A stretch of DNA of 40,921 bases, taken from IMG/VR virus record IMGVR_UViG_2740892440_000004, positions 1 through 40,921 of that record. One strand, given 5' to 3'. Positions 29,041-38,778 of the stretch are shown piece by piece. This DNA is from a virus (lineage: Duplodnaviria > Heunggongvirae > Uroviricota > Caudoviricetes). The notes below the pieces were generated by a model, which did not search any database, was not told the DNA's origin, and was given only the letters and a program-made list of their open reading frames with translations. How positions within the stretch are numbered: position 1 is the first letter of the stretch; every line of letters starts with the position of its first letter. The position numbers and the translations under genes are program-made.

Positions 29041-30063
29041 AATTGTATGTGTTAAATGTTATTATTTTATCGTCTAACCAATTATTTAACTCATCCAATC
29101 TTTTTTGCAATGGTATTAGTTCGTTACGAACAAACACACGGCTTGCCTTCTCCACATCCCCAAACCCCCCAACATTATTCGGCATAATCCCCATCATTTG
29201 CGGCGGCACACGATGCGCTGCCATCATGTCATCGCGGCTGACATTTTTGATACTCAGAAACTCATCCTTCGCCGCGACTTCTGACAACGGGATGATCTGA
29301 AGCCCGTCCTTTTTGCCGTTAGGCGAGTACATAAACAGGTTGCGGAAGTTGCCAGGGCCTTTGGCGCTTTTCATCGCATTGCGGAGGTTGTTCACATCCT
29401 CCTGGTTCTGCGCGGCATCGGTCATGTACATGATGAAGCTGCATGACTGCCGTTAATGTAATACTTGCGGCGGAACAGCGTGGCGGACTCGTTGAGCAGG
29501 GCTGATGGAATGGCAGAAAGATAACCTGGCAGGCCGTAGATCTCCTGGTTGATGTCCGGTTCCATCAGATGAAAAATGCTGCCTTTCGTGAACTGATACG
29601 GCTGGGTTGTCATACCGTATTGCACAAACCAGTAGGTATCCAGGTCTAACCCGCGTCGGGTGTATTTTGCCAGAGCAGGCTCAAGGGCGATAACTTCACC
29701 GAAGCGGTTCGTGCGTTTCTCCAGGTAGGCGTTACCAAATACCAGATAGTCCTGCACAAAACGTGAAAAAGCCTGCTGGCTGAGCAGCGGGTGAGGGATG
29801 TAGGTACTGGTCAGAATGTTGCATTTCACCGCAATTGGTGAGCTGTGATGCACGGCGGCGCGGAAGGTTCGTGCCAGTCCGTCAAAGCTGACGGGCGGCT
29901 CATACCAGCGGTCCATCTGTACGCATTCCACATAGTCCAGCAGTTCACGGCGGTCCAGAACAGGAACGGGATCGCCAAAGCTGAATGCTTCGGCTGAAGT
30001 TTGGCTTTTATGCTTGAGCTGATTCGTCGCCGCAGCGCGGTTTTTCTTACTCTTTCCCATCAA
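29036..30063 (-). pseudogene. Q: portal protein (P2 gpQ family), frameshifted near 29430
   Basis: two contiguous same-strand ORFs (213 + 131 aa = 344 aa, the gpQ length); restoring one G in gcagc fuses ...YINGSHA to ...MYMTDAAQ. Confidence 0.8.
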
Positions 30064-31826
30064 AAAATCTCCACAATATTGCTGGTATTGGCGGACTCGC
30101 CCTGCAGCGGTTCGTTAAACAGTGCGTGCATTGTTGCCCAGGCCAGATCGGCGTGGCTGGCTTCTTCGCTGCGGCTGGCCTCATAGGTCGGGCGGTTGCC
30201 GCTGGCAGTGGTGGCGCGACGGATTGCCATAAAGGACTGCGCTATGTCGGTGTGCCCGGCGTCAAACTCCAGGCGGCGGTGGCTAATAATGTCGTAGGCC
30301 TTGAGTACCAGGGCGTTTTTAACGTTGGGGTTGTAGACAAACTCCCGGACGGCAGGAAAAAACGCTTTCACGTTCTCGTAAACCCCGTGACCGACGCCGG
30401 TTGAGTCGATACCGATGTATGTCACGTTGTACTGTTCAGTCAGTTTTTTGATGGCGTTAGCCTGGGCGCGGAAGTCCATCCCGCGCCACTGGTGACGCTC
30501 AAGAATGCGGAACTTACCGCCCGGCACGGCTGGCGGTGCCACCACCACGCACCCGGCGCTGTCGCCGTTTTGCGTACCTTTTGCCGGGTCATAACCGATC
30601 CACACTTCGCGCCAGCCAAACGGGCGCAGGGCCAGTGCATGAAAGTCGGTCCAGACTTCCCAACTGTCCACCATGCACGCCTGCAGCTCGCTGAGCGGGA
30701 ACACGGACGCGAGATCGTCCACAAACTCGCACATCAGCAGGTTCTGGTATTCGTCCGGGCTGTACTCCATGCGCAACTGATCGAGGTCGAAAAGGTTACA
30801 TCCGCCGCGCACTGCATCTTCCACGGTGACTATCTGGCGGTATTGCCCGTCTGCGCACAGCAGGCCGGGGGCCAGATTGCTGTGGGACAGGTCGATGTCC
30901 ACCTTATCGGCTTTATTGCGCCCACGGTTGAACAGCGCACCGGACCAGAACGGATAAGCACTGTGTGTCAGGCTGGATGGCGTGGAAAAATAGGTTTGTC
31001 GCCATTTTTTGTGAATAGCCATACCAGAAGCCACTTTGCGCAGCTCCTGGAATTTCGGTATCCAGAAATATTCATCCAGATACAGGTTGCCGTGGTAACT
31101 CTGGGCCGTGCGGGCATTGGTGCCGAGGAAGTAAAGCGTGGCTCCGTTAGGAAGCACCATCGGATCGCCTTTCAGCTCCACCTCGACTTCTTTGGCGAAG
31201 TCTATGATGTACTGCTTAAAGACGTGAGCCTGTGCCTTGCTGGCGGAAAGAAAAATCTGGTTACGTCCGGTAAGCAGAGCGTCAATCAGGGCTTCACGGG
31301 CAAAGTAAAAGGTCGCGCCGATCTGGCGTGACTTCAGCAGGTTGCGGATGCGGTTGGTTTTTCCGGCTTCCCACCAGTGGCGCTGGTAGTTGAACATGGA
31401 GGAATGGAAGATTTCTTCCAGCTTCTCAATCTGCTCATCGGTGAAAACATTCTTTTCCGGCTGACGGCGCGGGCCTTTGTTGCGGTTGGCGACGTTAGGG
31501 TTTAAGTCGGATTCGTTGCCGCCATTGTTAAACTTGCCGATCCGCGCGTGGCGCTCCGACTGGCGCGCCAGCAGGTCAATCTCTTTGAAATCTTTCCCTT
31601 CTTTGTGCTCCTTCATAATGAGCTGGCAGTAGCGTGCGGCGGTGGTGAGCTGCATCTGATCCAGCGGCCCATAGTCACCCCACTTGTCGCGTTTTTTCCA
31701 GCTGTGAACGGTTGCAACTTTCTCGCCCAGCATTTCAGCAATGCGGGCTACGCGGTATCCCTGAAAGTACAGCAGCATGGCCTGCCGACGGGGATCGAGA
31801 TCTGCGGGTGTCAGTGTGGTGTTCAT
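30060..31826 (-). CDS. P: terminase large (ATPase) subunit (P2 gpP family)
   Basis: 588 aa; position divergent from capsid operon; resembles P2 gpP as recalled. Confidence 0.85.
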   Translation of the reverse strand: MNTTLTPADLDPRRQAMLLYFQGYRVARIAEMLGEKVATVHSWKKRDKWGDYGPLDQMQLTTAARYCQLIMKEHKEGKDFKEIDLLARQSERHARIGKFNNGGNESDLNPNVANRNKGPRRQPEKNVFTDEQIEKLEEIFHSSMFNYQRHWWEAGKTNRIRNLLKSRQIGATFYFAREALIDALLTGRNQIFLSASKAQAHVFKQYIIDFAKEVEVELKGDPMVLPNGATLYFLGTNARTAQSYHGNLYLDEYFWIPKFQELRKVASGMAIHKKWRQTYFSTPSSLTHSAYPFWSGALFNRGRNKADKVDIDLSHSNLAPGLLCADGQYRQIVTVEDAVRGGCNLFDLDQLRMEYSPDEYQNLLMCEFVDDLASVFPLSELQACMVDSWEVWTDFHALALRPFGWREVWIGYDPAKGTQNGDSAGCVVVAPPAVPGGKFRILERHQWRGMDFRAQANAIKKLTEQYNVTYIGIDSTGVGHGVYENVKAFFPAVREFVYNPNVKNALVLKAYDIISHRRLEFDAGHTDIAQSFMAIRRATTASGNRPTYEASRSEEASHADLAWATMHALFNEPLQGESANTSNIVEIF

Positions 31827-31872
31827 GGCACAAACCTACAGCCTTGAATGAAGGCTTTCCCCGCCTGCGGTT

Positions 31873-31890
31873 TGTGTGGTTGTCGGTACA
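31873..31890. promoter_or_regulatory. TGT-N12-ACA late-promoter activator site in the divergent P/O intergenic region
   Basis: TGTGTGGTTGTCGGTACA. Confidence 0.45.
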
Positions 31891-31968
31891 AATACCGCGC
31901 ATTGTTTCACTGCCCCCATCACCGCAACCATAAGGCTCCAGTAAGTTTTTTCTAACGGAGCACGGCTC

Positions 31969-32802
31969 ATGACAGTGAAAGCAAAGCGTTTTCGCATCGG
32001 GGTGGAAGGTGCCACCACCGACGGACGCGAAATCCAGCGTGAATGGCTGGAACAGATGGCAGCCAGCTACAACCCGGCGGTGTATACCGCGCTGATTAAC
32101 CTTGAGCACATCAAGTCTTATCTGCCGGACAGCACCTTTAACCGCTACGGCAAGGTGACGGCGCTGTTTGCTGAAGAAATCACGGAAGGTCCGCTGGCAG
32201 GCAAGATGGCGCTGTATGCCGACGTTGAGCCAACGGAGTCCCTGGTGGAGCTGGTGAAAAAAGGCCAGAAATTATTCACCTCTATGGAAGTCAGCCCGAA
32301 GTTTGCTGATACGGGCAAAGCCTACCTGGTCGGCCTGGCTGCCACTGATGATCCAGCCAGTCTGGGTACGGAAATGCTGACATTCAGCGCCAGTGCAGCC
32401 CATAACCCGCTGGCAAGCCGCAAGCAGAATCCTGCCAATCTCTTTACCGCTGCAGAGGAAACGGTGATCGAACTGGAAGAAATCCAGGATGACAAACCGT
32501 CCCTGTTTGCCCGTGTCACGGCGCTGTTCACCAAAAAAGAGCAGTCCGATGATGCCCGGTTCTCTGATGTGCATAAGGCCGTGGAGCTGGTCGCCACTGA
32601 GCAGCAGAACCTGAGCGCACGCACCGAAAAATCCCTGTCTGAGCAGGAAGAACGCCTGTCTGAACTGGAGACTGCTCTGCAGGAGCAGCAAACCGCTTTT
32701 AACGAACTGGTGAATAAGCTGAGTCATGAAGACAGCCGCCAGGACTACCGCCAGCGTGCAACAGGCGGTAACGCCCCCGCTGACACTCTGACCAATTGCT
32801 GA
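31969..32802 (+). CDS. O: capsid scaffolding protein (P2 gpO family)
   Basis: 277 aa, first gene of capsid operon. Confidence 0.8.
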   Translation: MTVKAKRFRIGVEGATTDGREIQREWLEQMAASYNPAVYTALINLEHIKSYLPDSTFNRYGKVTALFAEEITEGPLAGKMALYADVEPTESLVELVKKGQKLFTSMEVSPKFADTGKAYLVGLAATDDPASLGTEMLTFSASAAHNPLASRKQNPANLFTAAEETVIELEEIQDDKPSLFARVTALFTKKEQSDDARFSDVHKAVELVATEQQNLSARTEKSLSEQEERLSELETALQEQQTAFNELVNKLSHEDSRQDYRQRATGGNAPADTLTNC

Positions 32803-32818
32803 TGGAGCACAAAACCTG

Positions 32819-33877
32819 ATGAAGAAGAATACCCGCTTTGCTTTTAACGCTTACCTGCAGCAGCTGGCGCGTCTGAACGGTGTGGCAGTTGAAGAACTGT
32901 CCAGCAAGTTCACCGTGGAGCCGTCTGTACAGCAGACGCTGGAAGACCAGATCCAGCAGTCCGCCGCTTTCCTGACGCTGATTAACGTCACGCCAGTGAC
33001 TGAGCAGTCCGGTCAGCTGCTGGGGTTGGGTGTTGGCAGCACCATTGCCGGAACCACTGATACCACCGCGAAAGAGCGTGAACCTGTCGATCCGACGCTG
33101 ATGGTCGATGTGGAATACAAATGCGAGCAGACCAACTTTGACACGGTGCTGACCTACGCGAAGCTGGACCTGTGGGCGAAATTTCAGGATTTCCAGGTGC
33201 GTATCCGTGACGCCATCGTGAAACGTCAGGCACTGGACCGCATCATGATCGGCTTTAACGGCGTGAAGCGTGCGAAAACCTCCAACCGTAGTGAAAACCC
33301 GCTGCTGCAGGATGTGAACAAAGGCTGGCTGCAGAAAATCCGTGAGGATGCACCGGATCACGTCATGGGCAGCACCACCACAGGCGGTGAAACCACACCG
33401 GGCGCGGTGAAAGTCGGTAAAGGTGGCGAATATGCCAACCTGGACGCCGTGGTGATGGATGCCGTCAATGAGCTTATCGACGTGGTCTACCAGGACGATG
33501 ACGATCTGGTGGTGATTTGCGGTCGTGAACTGTTGTCTGACAAGTATTTCCCACTGGTCAACAAAGAGCAGGAAAACAGTGAAAAACTCGCTGCCGATAT
33601 GATCATCAGTCAGAAACGCATGGGTGGCCTGCAGGCCGTGCGTGCGCCGTTCTTCCCGCCGAATGCACTGCTGATCACCCGTCTGGATAACTTGTCCATC
33701 TACTGGCAGGAAGACACCCGCCGCCGTTCAGTTATCGACAACCCGAAACGTGACCGGATTGAAAACTTTGAATCCGTTAATGAAGCCTATGTGGTTGAGG
33801 ACTACCGCTGCGCCGCACTGGTGGAAAACATCCAGATTGGTGATTTCAGCGCCGCCGCAGCAGAAGCCGGAGCGTAA
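32819..33877 (+). CDS. N: major capsid protein (P2 gpN family)
   Basis: 352 aa following scaffold gene. Confidence 0.85.
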   Translation: MKKNTRFAFNAYLQQLARLNGVAVEELSSKFTVEPSVQQTLEDQIQQSAAFLTLINVTPVTEQSGQLLGLGVGSTIAGTTDTTAKEREPVDPTLMVDVEYKCEQTNFDTVLTYAKLDLWAKFQDFQVRIRDAIVKRQALDRIMIGFNGVKRAKTSNRSENPLLQDVNKGWLQKIREDAPDHVMGSTTTGGETTPGAVKVGKGGEYANLDAVVMDAVNELIDVVYQDDDDLVVICGRELLSDKYFPLVNKEQENSEKLAADMIISQKRMGGLQAVRAPFFPPNALLITRLDNLSIYWQEDTRRRSVIDNPKRDRIENFESVNEAYVVEDYRCAALVENIQIGDFSAAAAEAGA

Positions 33878-33880
33878 ACC

Positions 33881-34531
33881 ATGAGCCTGAGTCCCGCACG
33901 GCAGCATCGCCTGCGCGTTCAGGCTGAACAGGCCGCCCGTGAGGGCGGCAGTGTTCGCCACGCGTCGGGCTATGACCTGATGCTGCTGCAGCTGTCGGAA
34001 GACCGCCGCCGTCTCAAGGGCGTTCAGTCCACGGTGAAAAAAGCGGAAATAAAGGTGGAGCTGCTGCCGAAATATGCCGCCTGGGCGGAGGGCGTCCTGG
34101 CTGCCGGAGGCGCTCAACAGGATGACGTGCTGATGTACGTGATGCTGTGGCGCATTGATGCCGGAGATTATGCCGGGGCGCTGGAGATCGGGCGTCATGC
34201 CCTGCGTCATGGCTGGGTGATGCCTCTGGGTAACCGCAACGTGCAGACCGTGCTGGCAGAGGAAATGGCAGATGCAGCGCAGAGCGCAATGCTTGCCGCT
34301 ACCGGCTTTGATGCCGATCTGTTGCTGCAGACGCTGGAGCTGACAGACGGTCTGGATATGCCGGACCAGTCACGGGCGCGTCTGCATAAAGCGATTGGCG
34401 CTGTCCTGAGTGAAAGCAATCCGGCTTCCGCCCTTAATCATCTCAACCATGCGTTACAGCTCGATCCCCGCTGTGGCGTGAAAAAAGACAAACAGCAGCT
34501 GGAGCGCAGACTGCGCAATGACAGCCGCTGA
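33881..34531 (+). CDS. M: terminase small/endonuclease subunit (P2 gpM family)
   Basis: 216 aa following capsid gene. Confidence 0.75.
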   Translation: MSLSPARQHRLRVQAEQAAREGGSVRHASGYDLMLLQLSEDRRRLKGVQSTVKKAEIKVELLPKYAAWAEGVLAAGGAQQDDVLMYVMLWRIDAGDYAGALEIGRHALRHGWVMPLGNRNVQTVLAEEMADAAQSAMLAATGFDADLLLQTLELTDGLDMPDQSRARLHKAIGAVLSESNPASALNHLNHALQLDPRCGVKKDKQQLERRLRNDSR

Positions 34532-34626
34532 CAGAACGTGCCCCCGCGCACGGGCGGCACGGGGTGGCGAAAGGCATAGCCACATCAAAATCCCGTCCAC
34601 CGCCCTCTATTTCAGGAGAAAGCAGC

Positions 34627-35091
34627 ATGAAGTTTGTTGCGCCAGAACAGGCACCGGAACAGGCGGAAATCATCAGAAATACGCCGTTCTGGCCTGATGT
34701 GGACCTGTCGGAGTTTCGCAGCGTGATGCGCACTGACGGCACGGTGACGCAGCCGCGTTTAAAGCAGGTTGCCCTGTCGGCAATTTCGGAGGTCAACGCA
34801 GAGCTGTATGAGTTTCGCAGACGTCAGCAGATGCTGGGATATGTGTCGCTGGCTGAGGTTCCGGCGGAACAGCTGGACGGCAAAAGTGAGCGCATTCAGC
34901 ACTATTTCAACGCGGTTTACTGCTGGGCACGCGCCATGCTCAACGAACGATACCAGGACTATGACGCCACGGCGTCCGGTGTGAAGCGGGGCGAGGAACT
35001 GGCGGAAGCCAGCGGTGATTTGTGGCGTGACGCCCGCTGGGCCATCAGCCGGGTGCAGGACGCGCCGCACTGCACAGTGGAGCTTATCTGA
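34627..35091 (+). CDS. L: head completion/stabilisation protein (P2 gpL family)
   Basis: AGGAG RBS then ATG 34627; 154 aa. Confidence 0.75.
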   Translation: MKFVAPEQAPEQAEIIRNTPFWPDVDLSEFRSVMRTDGTVTQPRLKQVALSAISEVNAELYEFRRRQQMLGYVSLAEVPAEQLDGKSERIQHYFNAVYCWARAMLNERYQDYDATASGVKRGEELAEASGDLWRDARWAISRVQDAPHCTVELI

Positions 35092-35294
35092 TGAAAGTGC
35101 GTGCGCATCAGTATGACACGGTGGACGCGCTTTGCTGGCGTCATTACGGGCGCACGCAGGGTGTCACGGAGCAGGTACTGAAGGCAAATCCGGGGCTTGC
35201 CGAATACGGCCCCTTTTTACCTCACGGGCTGCAGGTGGAGCTGCCGGACATTCCGACCACCACCACCGTGCAGACCGTCCAGCTATGGGACTGA
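35091..35294 (+). CDS. X: tail protein X (P2 gpX family)
   Basis: 67 aa, ATGA overlap with L. Confidence 0.75.
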   Translation: MKVRAHQYDTVDALCWRHYGRTQGVTEQVLKANPGLAEYGPFLPHGLQVELPDIPTTTTVQTVQLWD

Positions 35295-35297
35295 ATT

Positions 35298-35513
35298 ATG
35301 ACGCTTGAGCGAATCAGCGCCTTTATCACGTATTGCATCGCCGTCGTGCTGGCCTGGCTGGGCGATTTGTCCATCAAGGATGCCTCAACGCTGGGCGGCC
35401 TGATGATTGGTGTGCTGATGCTGGCTATCAACTGGTACTACAAACATAAAGCCTACCAGCTTCTGCGCGACGGGCAGATCTCGCGGGAGGACTATGAATC
35501 CATCAATCGTTAA
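35298..35513 (+). CDS. holin-like small membrane protein
   Basis: 71 aa with two hydrophobic helices and charged C-terminus, immediately upstream of the lysozyme gene. Confidence 0.6.
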   Translation: MTLERISAFITYCIAVVLAWLGDLSIKDASTLGGLMIGVLMLAINWYYKHKAYQLLRDGQISREDYESINR

Positions 35514-36005
35514 ACGCTGCCTTGTCGGGGCCGTGCTGGCTATTACTGCCACGCTGCCGGGTTTTCAGCAGCTTCACACCTCCGTGGAGGGGCTGAAACT
35601 GATTGCTGATTACGAAGCTGTCGTCTGCAGCCGTATCAGTGCAGCGCGGGTGTCTGGACCGACGGCATTGGTAATACGTCGGGCGTCATTCCCGGCAAAA
35701 CCATTACGGAGCGACAGGCAGCAGAAGGGCTGATCTCCAACGTGCTGCGTGTGGAGCGGGCGCTGGAAAGGTGTGTGAAGCAACAGCCGCCGCAGAAGGT
35801 GTATGACGCTGCGGTGTCGTTTGCCTTCAACGTGGGAACGGGCAATGCCTGCAGTTCCACACTGGTGAAATTACTCAATCAGCGGCGCTGGGCGGATGCG
35901 TGCCGACAGTTGCCGCGCTGGGTTTATGTGAAAGGTGTTTTTAATCAGGGGCTGGATAACCGCCGTGCGCGGGAGATGGCCTGGTGCTTACAGGGAGCAA
36001 ACTGA
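35494..36005 (+). pseudogene. endolysin (T4-lysozyme-like, GH24), frameshifted at about 35620
   Basis: third frame restores the lysozyme catalytic region YEG-CRLQPYQCSAGVWTDGIGNT; frame as sequenced stops at 35733; one G missing in gaa-g-ctgt. Confidence 0.8.
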
Positions 36006-36006
36006 A

Positions 36007-36384
36007 ATGAAAAAGAAAGTAATCAGCGGGCTGTTTCTGATGTTATGGATGGCGCTGTTGATCGCAGCAATGGTGTATCCGCAGGGGATTTTTCCGGTAC
36101 TGGCAGCGTCCGGTGTCTGGGTAGCCTGTCTGCTGACATGGGCGGTAATTCCGGTAGCACTGGCTGCGTCAATTAAGAACGGCCCGCTCTGGCAGGAGTT
36201 GAGGGCATCTTTGCTAAAGACCATTACCCGAAAAGAAAACGTATTTATCAGCTGGGTGATGCGATTGCTGATTGTCGTAAGTTTCGCCTGGACGGGGTGG
36301 GCTATTACCCTGGTCTTTTATCTGCTGACCGTTATTGCCTTCTGGATGATCCGTAATCAGATTGCGCAACAGGTAGCAGCATGA
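36007..36384 (+). CDS. LysA-like membrane protein (lysis timing)
   Basis: 125 aa with four hydrophobic segments, position after lysozyme. Confidence 0.6.
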   Translation: MKKKVISGLFLMLWMALLIAAMVYPQGIFPVLAASGVWVACLLTWAVIPVALAASIKNGPLWQELRASLLKTITRKENVFISWVMRLLIVVSFAWTGWAITLVFYLLTVIAFWMIRNQIAQQVAA

Positions 36385-36809
36385 ACCGGTTGCTGCTGGT
36401 TGTGCTGGCGTTATTACTGGCGGCGCTGGGCTGGCAGACGTGGCGGCTGGCTGATGCCAGCCAGACCATCAGCACGCAGGCAGACGAGCTTCGGAGCAAA
36501 AGCCAGGCACTGGCAAAGAGCAACAGCCAGCTTATCAGCCTGTCCATTCTGACTGAAACCAACAACCGGGAGCAGGCGCGGCTCTACGCCGAAGCAGAAC
36601 AGACCAGCGCACTGCTGAGACAACGACAACGCCGGATGGAGGAACTGAAACGTGAGAACGAGGATTTACGCCGCTGGGCTGATACTCCTTTGCCTGCTGA
36701 CATTATCCGGCTGCGGGAACGTCCGGCACTCACCGGAGGTGCAGCTTACCGTCAGTGGTTGTCCGCGAGTGACGCCGTGTCGGCTGGAGCAGGCAGCGCC
36801 GCGCACTAA
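36381..36809 (+). CDS. LysB / Rz-like inner-membrane spanin
   Basis: 142 aa; N-terminal TM helix then coiled-coil-like region. Confidence 0.7.
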   Translation: MNRLLLVVLALLLAALGWQTWRLADASQTISTQADELRSKSQALAKSNSQLISLSILTETNNREQARLYAEAEQTSALLRQRQRRMEELKRENEDLRRWADTPLPADIIRLRERPALTGGAAYRQWLSASDAVSAGAGSAAH

Positions 36810-36942
36810 CGGTGATCTGAACGCATTGCTGGATGAAACGGAGGTCGCCTGGGCGGTCTGTGCAGACAAAGTGGACATGATTATTGCGTGTCAGGAGCGA
36901 AACAGTGAACAAACCACAATCCCTGCGCCACGCCCTCAATAA
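36652..36942 (+). CDS. LysC / Rz1-like outer-membrane lipoprotein spanin, embedded in and extending beyond lysB
   Basis: GGAGG RBS then GTG; lipobox LTLSGC; alternative frame overlapping lysB. Confidence 0.55.
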   Translation: MRTRIYAAGLILLCLLTLSGCGNVRHSPEVQLTVSGCPRVTPCRLEQAAPRTNGDLNALLDETEVAWAVCADKVDMIIACQERNSEQTTIPAPRPQ

Positions 36943-37336
36943 AGCGGTACCTTATGTCCGCAATAACCCGGACAAACTGCATCTGTTTGTGGATAACGGT
37001 TCGCTGGTTGCCACGGGGGCCAGCTCCATGTCATGGGAGTACCGCTATACCCTGAACGTGGTGATAGAGGATTTCAGCGGCGACCAGAATCTGCTGATGG
37101 CCCCGGTTTTGCTGTGGCTTCGGGATAACCAGCCCGATGCCATCAATAACCCGGCGTTACGGGAAAAGCTATTCACCTTTGAGGTGGATATTTTGCGCAA
37201 CGATGTCTGTGATATCAGCCTTAACCTGCAATTGACGGAACGTGTGCTGGTCAGTACTGACGGCAGTGTGTCGAGTGTTGAAGCTGTAGCAGAACCCGAT
37301 GAACCTGAAGAAATGTGGACGGTGAAACGTGGCTGA
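36905..37336 (+). CDS. R: tail completion protein (P2 gpR family)
   Basis: AGGAG RBS then GTG 36905; approx. 143 aa. Confidence 0.7.
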   Translation: MNKPQSLRHALNKAVPYVRNNPDKLHLFVDNGSLVATGASSMSWEYRYTLNVVIEDFSGDQNLLMAPVLLWLRDNQPDAINNPALREKLFTFEVDILRNDVCDISLNLQLTERVLVSTDGSVSSVEAVAEPDEPEEMWTVKRG

Positions 37337-37775
37337 ACTGCAGAAGGTGGACGACTGGCTGAGTGCCTTGCTGGCGAATCTGGAGCCAGCCGCAAGAAGC
37401 CGCATGATGCGCCAGCTGGCGCAGGAACTGCGCCGGACACAGCAGCAGAATATCAGGATGCAGCGCAATCCAGATGGCAGCAGTTATGAACCGCGCAGGG
37501 TAACAGCACGTAGCAAGAAGGGGCGCATCAAACGTCAGATGTTTGCAAAGCTGCGCACCACAAAATACCTGAAAACTGCCGCCAGCGCCGACTCTGCCAG
37601 CGTACAGTTTGAAGGCAAGGTGCAGCGTATTGCCCGTGTTCACCATTACGGCCTGCGTGATCGCGTCAGTCGCAAAGGACCGGAAGTCCGTTACGCAGAG
37701 CGCCGCCTGCTGGGTGTAAATGATGATGTTGAGGCAATGACCCGCGACATGATTCTGCAATGGCTGGCGGGGTGA
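37329..37775 (+). CDS. S: tail completion protein (P2 gpS family)
   Basis: 148 aa overlapping R stop. Confidence 0.75.
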   Translation: MAELQKVDDWLSALLANLEPAARSRMMRQLAQELRRTQQQNIRMQRNPDGSSYEPRRVTARSKKGRIKRQMFAKLRTTKYLKTAASADSASVQFEGKVQRIARVHHYGLRDRVSRKGPEVRYAERRLLGVNDDVEAMTRDMILQWLAG

Positions 37776-37779
37776 TCTT

Positions 37780-37797
37780 TGTATCAGCACTGATACA
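37780..37797 (+). promoter_or_regulatory. TGT-N12-ACA late-promoter activator site upstream of gene V
   Basis: TGTATCAGCACTGATACA, a perfect dyad, 47 bp upstream of the V start. Confidence 0.55.
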
Positions 37798-37843
37798 AGT
37801 TGCAGCACTGCCGCCTTTCTTCCCCTGATGGCAACCTTTCCCT

Positions 37844-38422
37844 ATGAACGCACAATTAACCGAAATCATGCGCCTTATCACCAACCTGATCCGCACAGGT
37901 ATAGTCACCGAAGTGGATCGGGAGAACTGGCTTTGCCGGGTGAAAACGGGCGACCTCGAAACCAACTGGATCAGCTGGCTGACACTGCGTGCCGGGAATG
38001 CCCGGACATGGTGGCGACCATCGGAAGGTGAGCAGGTGGTGCTGCTGAGTCTGGGCGGAAATCTGGAAACAGCCTTTGCGCTGCCCGCTGTCTATTCGAA
38101 TCAGTTTGCACCGCCGTCGACGTCGGCGGACGCCTGCGTGACAGAACATCCTGACGGTGGCTGGTTTGAATATGAACCCGCCACCGGGCGCTGGTATGTC
38201 AGGGGCATCAAATCAATGGTCATTGAGGCCGCTGATAACATCACCATGAAAACCAGTGAGTTTGTACTGGAGGCTGACCGCACGCGCATTAACAGCGAAG
38301 TGGTGATCAATGGTGGCGTTACCCAGGGCGGCGGAGCGATGAGTTCTAACGGGATTGTGGTTGATGCACATCAGCATACTGGCGTCCTGAAAGGCGGCGA
38401 CACAACCGGAGGCCCGGTATGA
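37844..38422 (+). CDS. V: baseplate spike protein (P2 gpV family)
   Basis: 192 aa; conserved ...TWWRPSEGEQVVLLSLGGNLETAFALPAVYS... and C-terminal HQHTG. Confidence 0.8.
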   Translation: MNAQLTEIMRLITNLIRTGIVTEVDRENWLCRVKTGDLETNWISWLTLRAGNARTWWRPSEGEQVVLLSLGGNLETAFALPAVYSNQFAPPSTSADACVTEHPDGGWFEYEPATGRWYVRGIKSMVIEAADNITMKTSEFVLEADRTRINSEVVINGGVTQGGGAMSSNGIVVDAHQHTGVLKGGDTTGGPV

Positions 38423-38778
38423 CGCTTTATAGCGGGATGAACAATACCAGCGGTAAAGCCATTACTGATATTGACCATCTGCGCCAGTCGGTGCGGGACA
38501 TTTTGCTGACGCCGCAGGGTAGCCGCATTGCCCGTCGGGAATATGGTTCCCTGCTGTCGGCACTGATAGACCAGCCACAAAATCCGGCATTACGCCTGCA
38601 GGTCATGTCGGCAGTGTATGTGGCGCTGAGTCGCTGGGAGCCACGGCTGACGCTGGATTCCATCACCATTAACAGCAATTTTGACGGTTCAATGGTGGTG
38701 GAGCTGACCGGGCGGCGTAATAACGGTGTGCCTGTTTCCCTTTCCGTATCAACAGGAGCAGAGAATGGCAGTGATTGA
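38419..38778 (+). CDS. W: baseplate wedge protein (P2 gpW / gp25-like)
   Basis: 119 aa overlapping V stop. Confidence 0.8.
   Translation: MTLYSGMNNTSGKAITDIDHLRQSVRDILLTPQGSRIARREYGSLLSALIDQPQNPALRLQVMSAVYVALSRWEPRLTLDSITINSNFDGSMVVELTGRRNNGVPVSLSVSTGAENGSD

Noticed and set aside
30126-31331. Plus-strand ORFs up to 279 aa antisense to the terminase gene, and similar GC-rich antisense ORFs across 31700-39800
   Set aside because: They overlap well-supported phage structural genes on the other strand and are the usual long shadow frames of GC-rich coding DNA.
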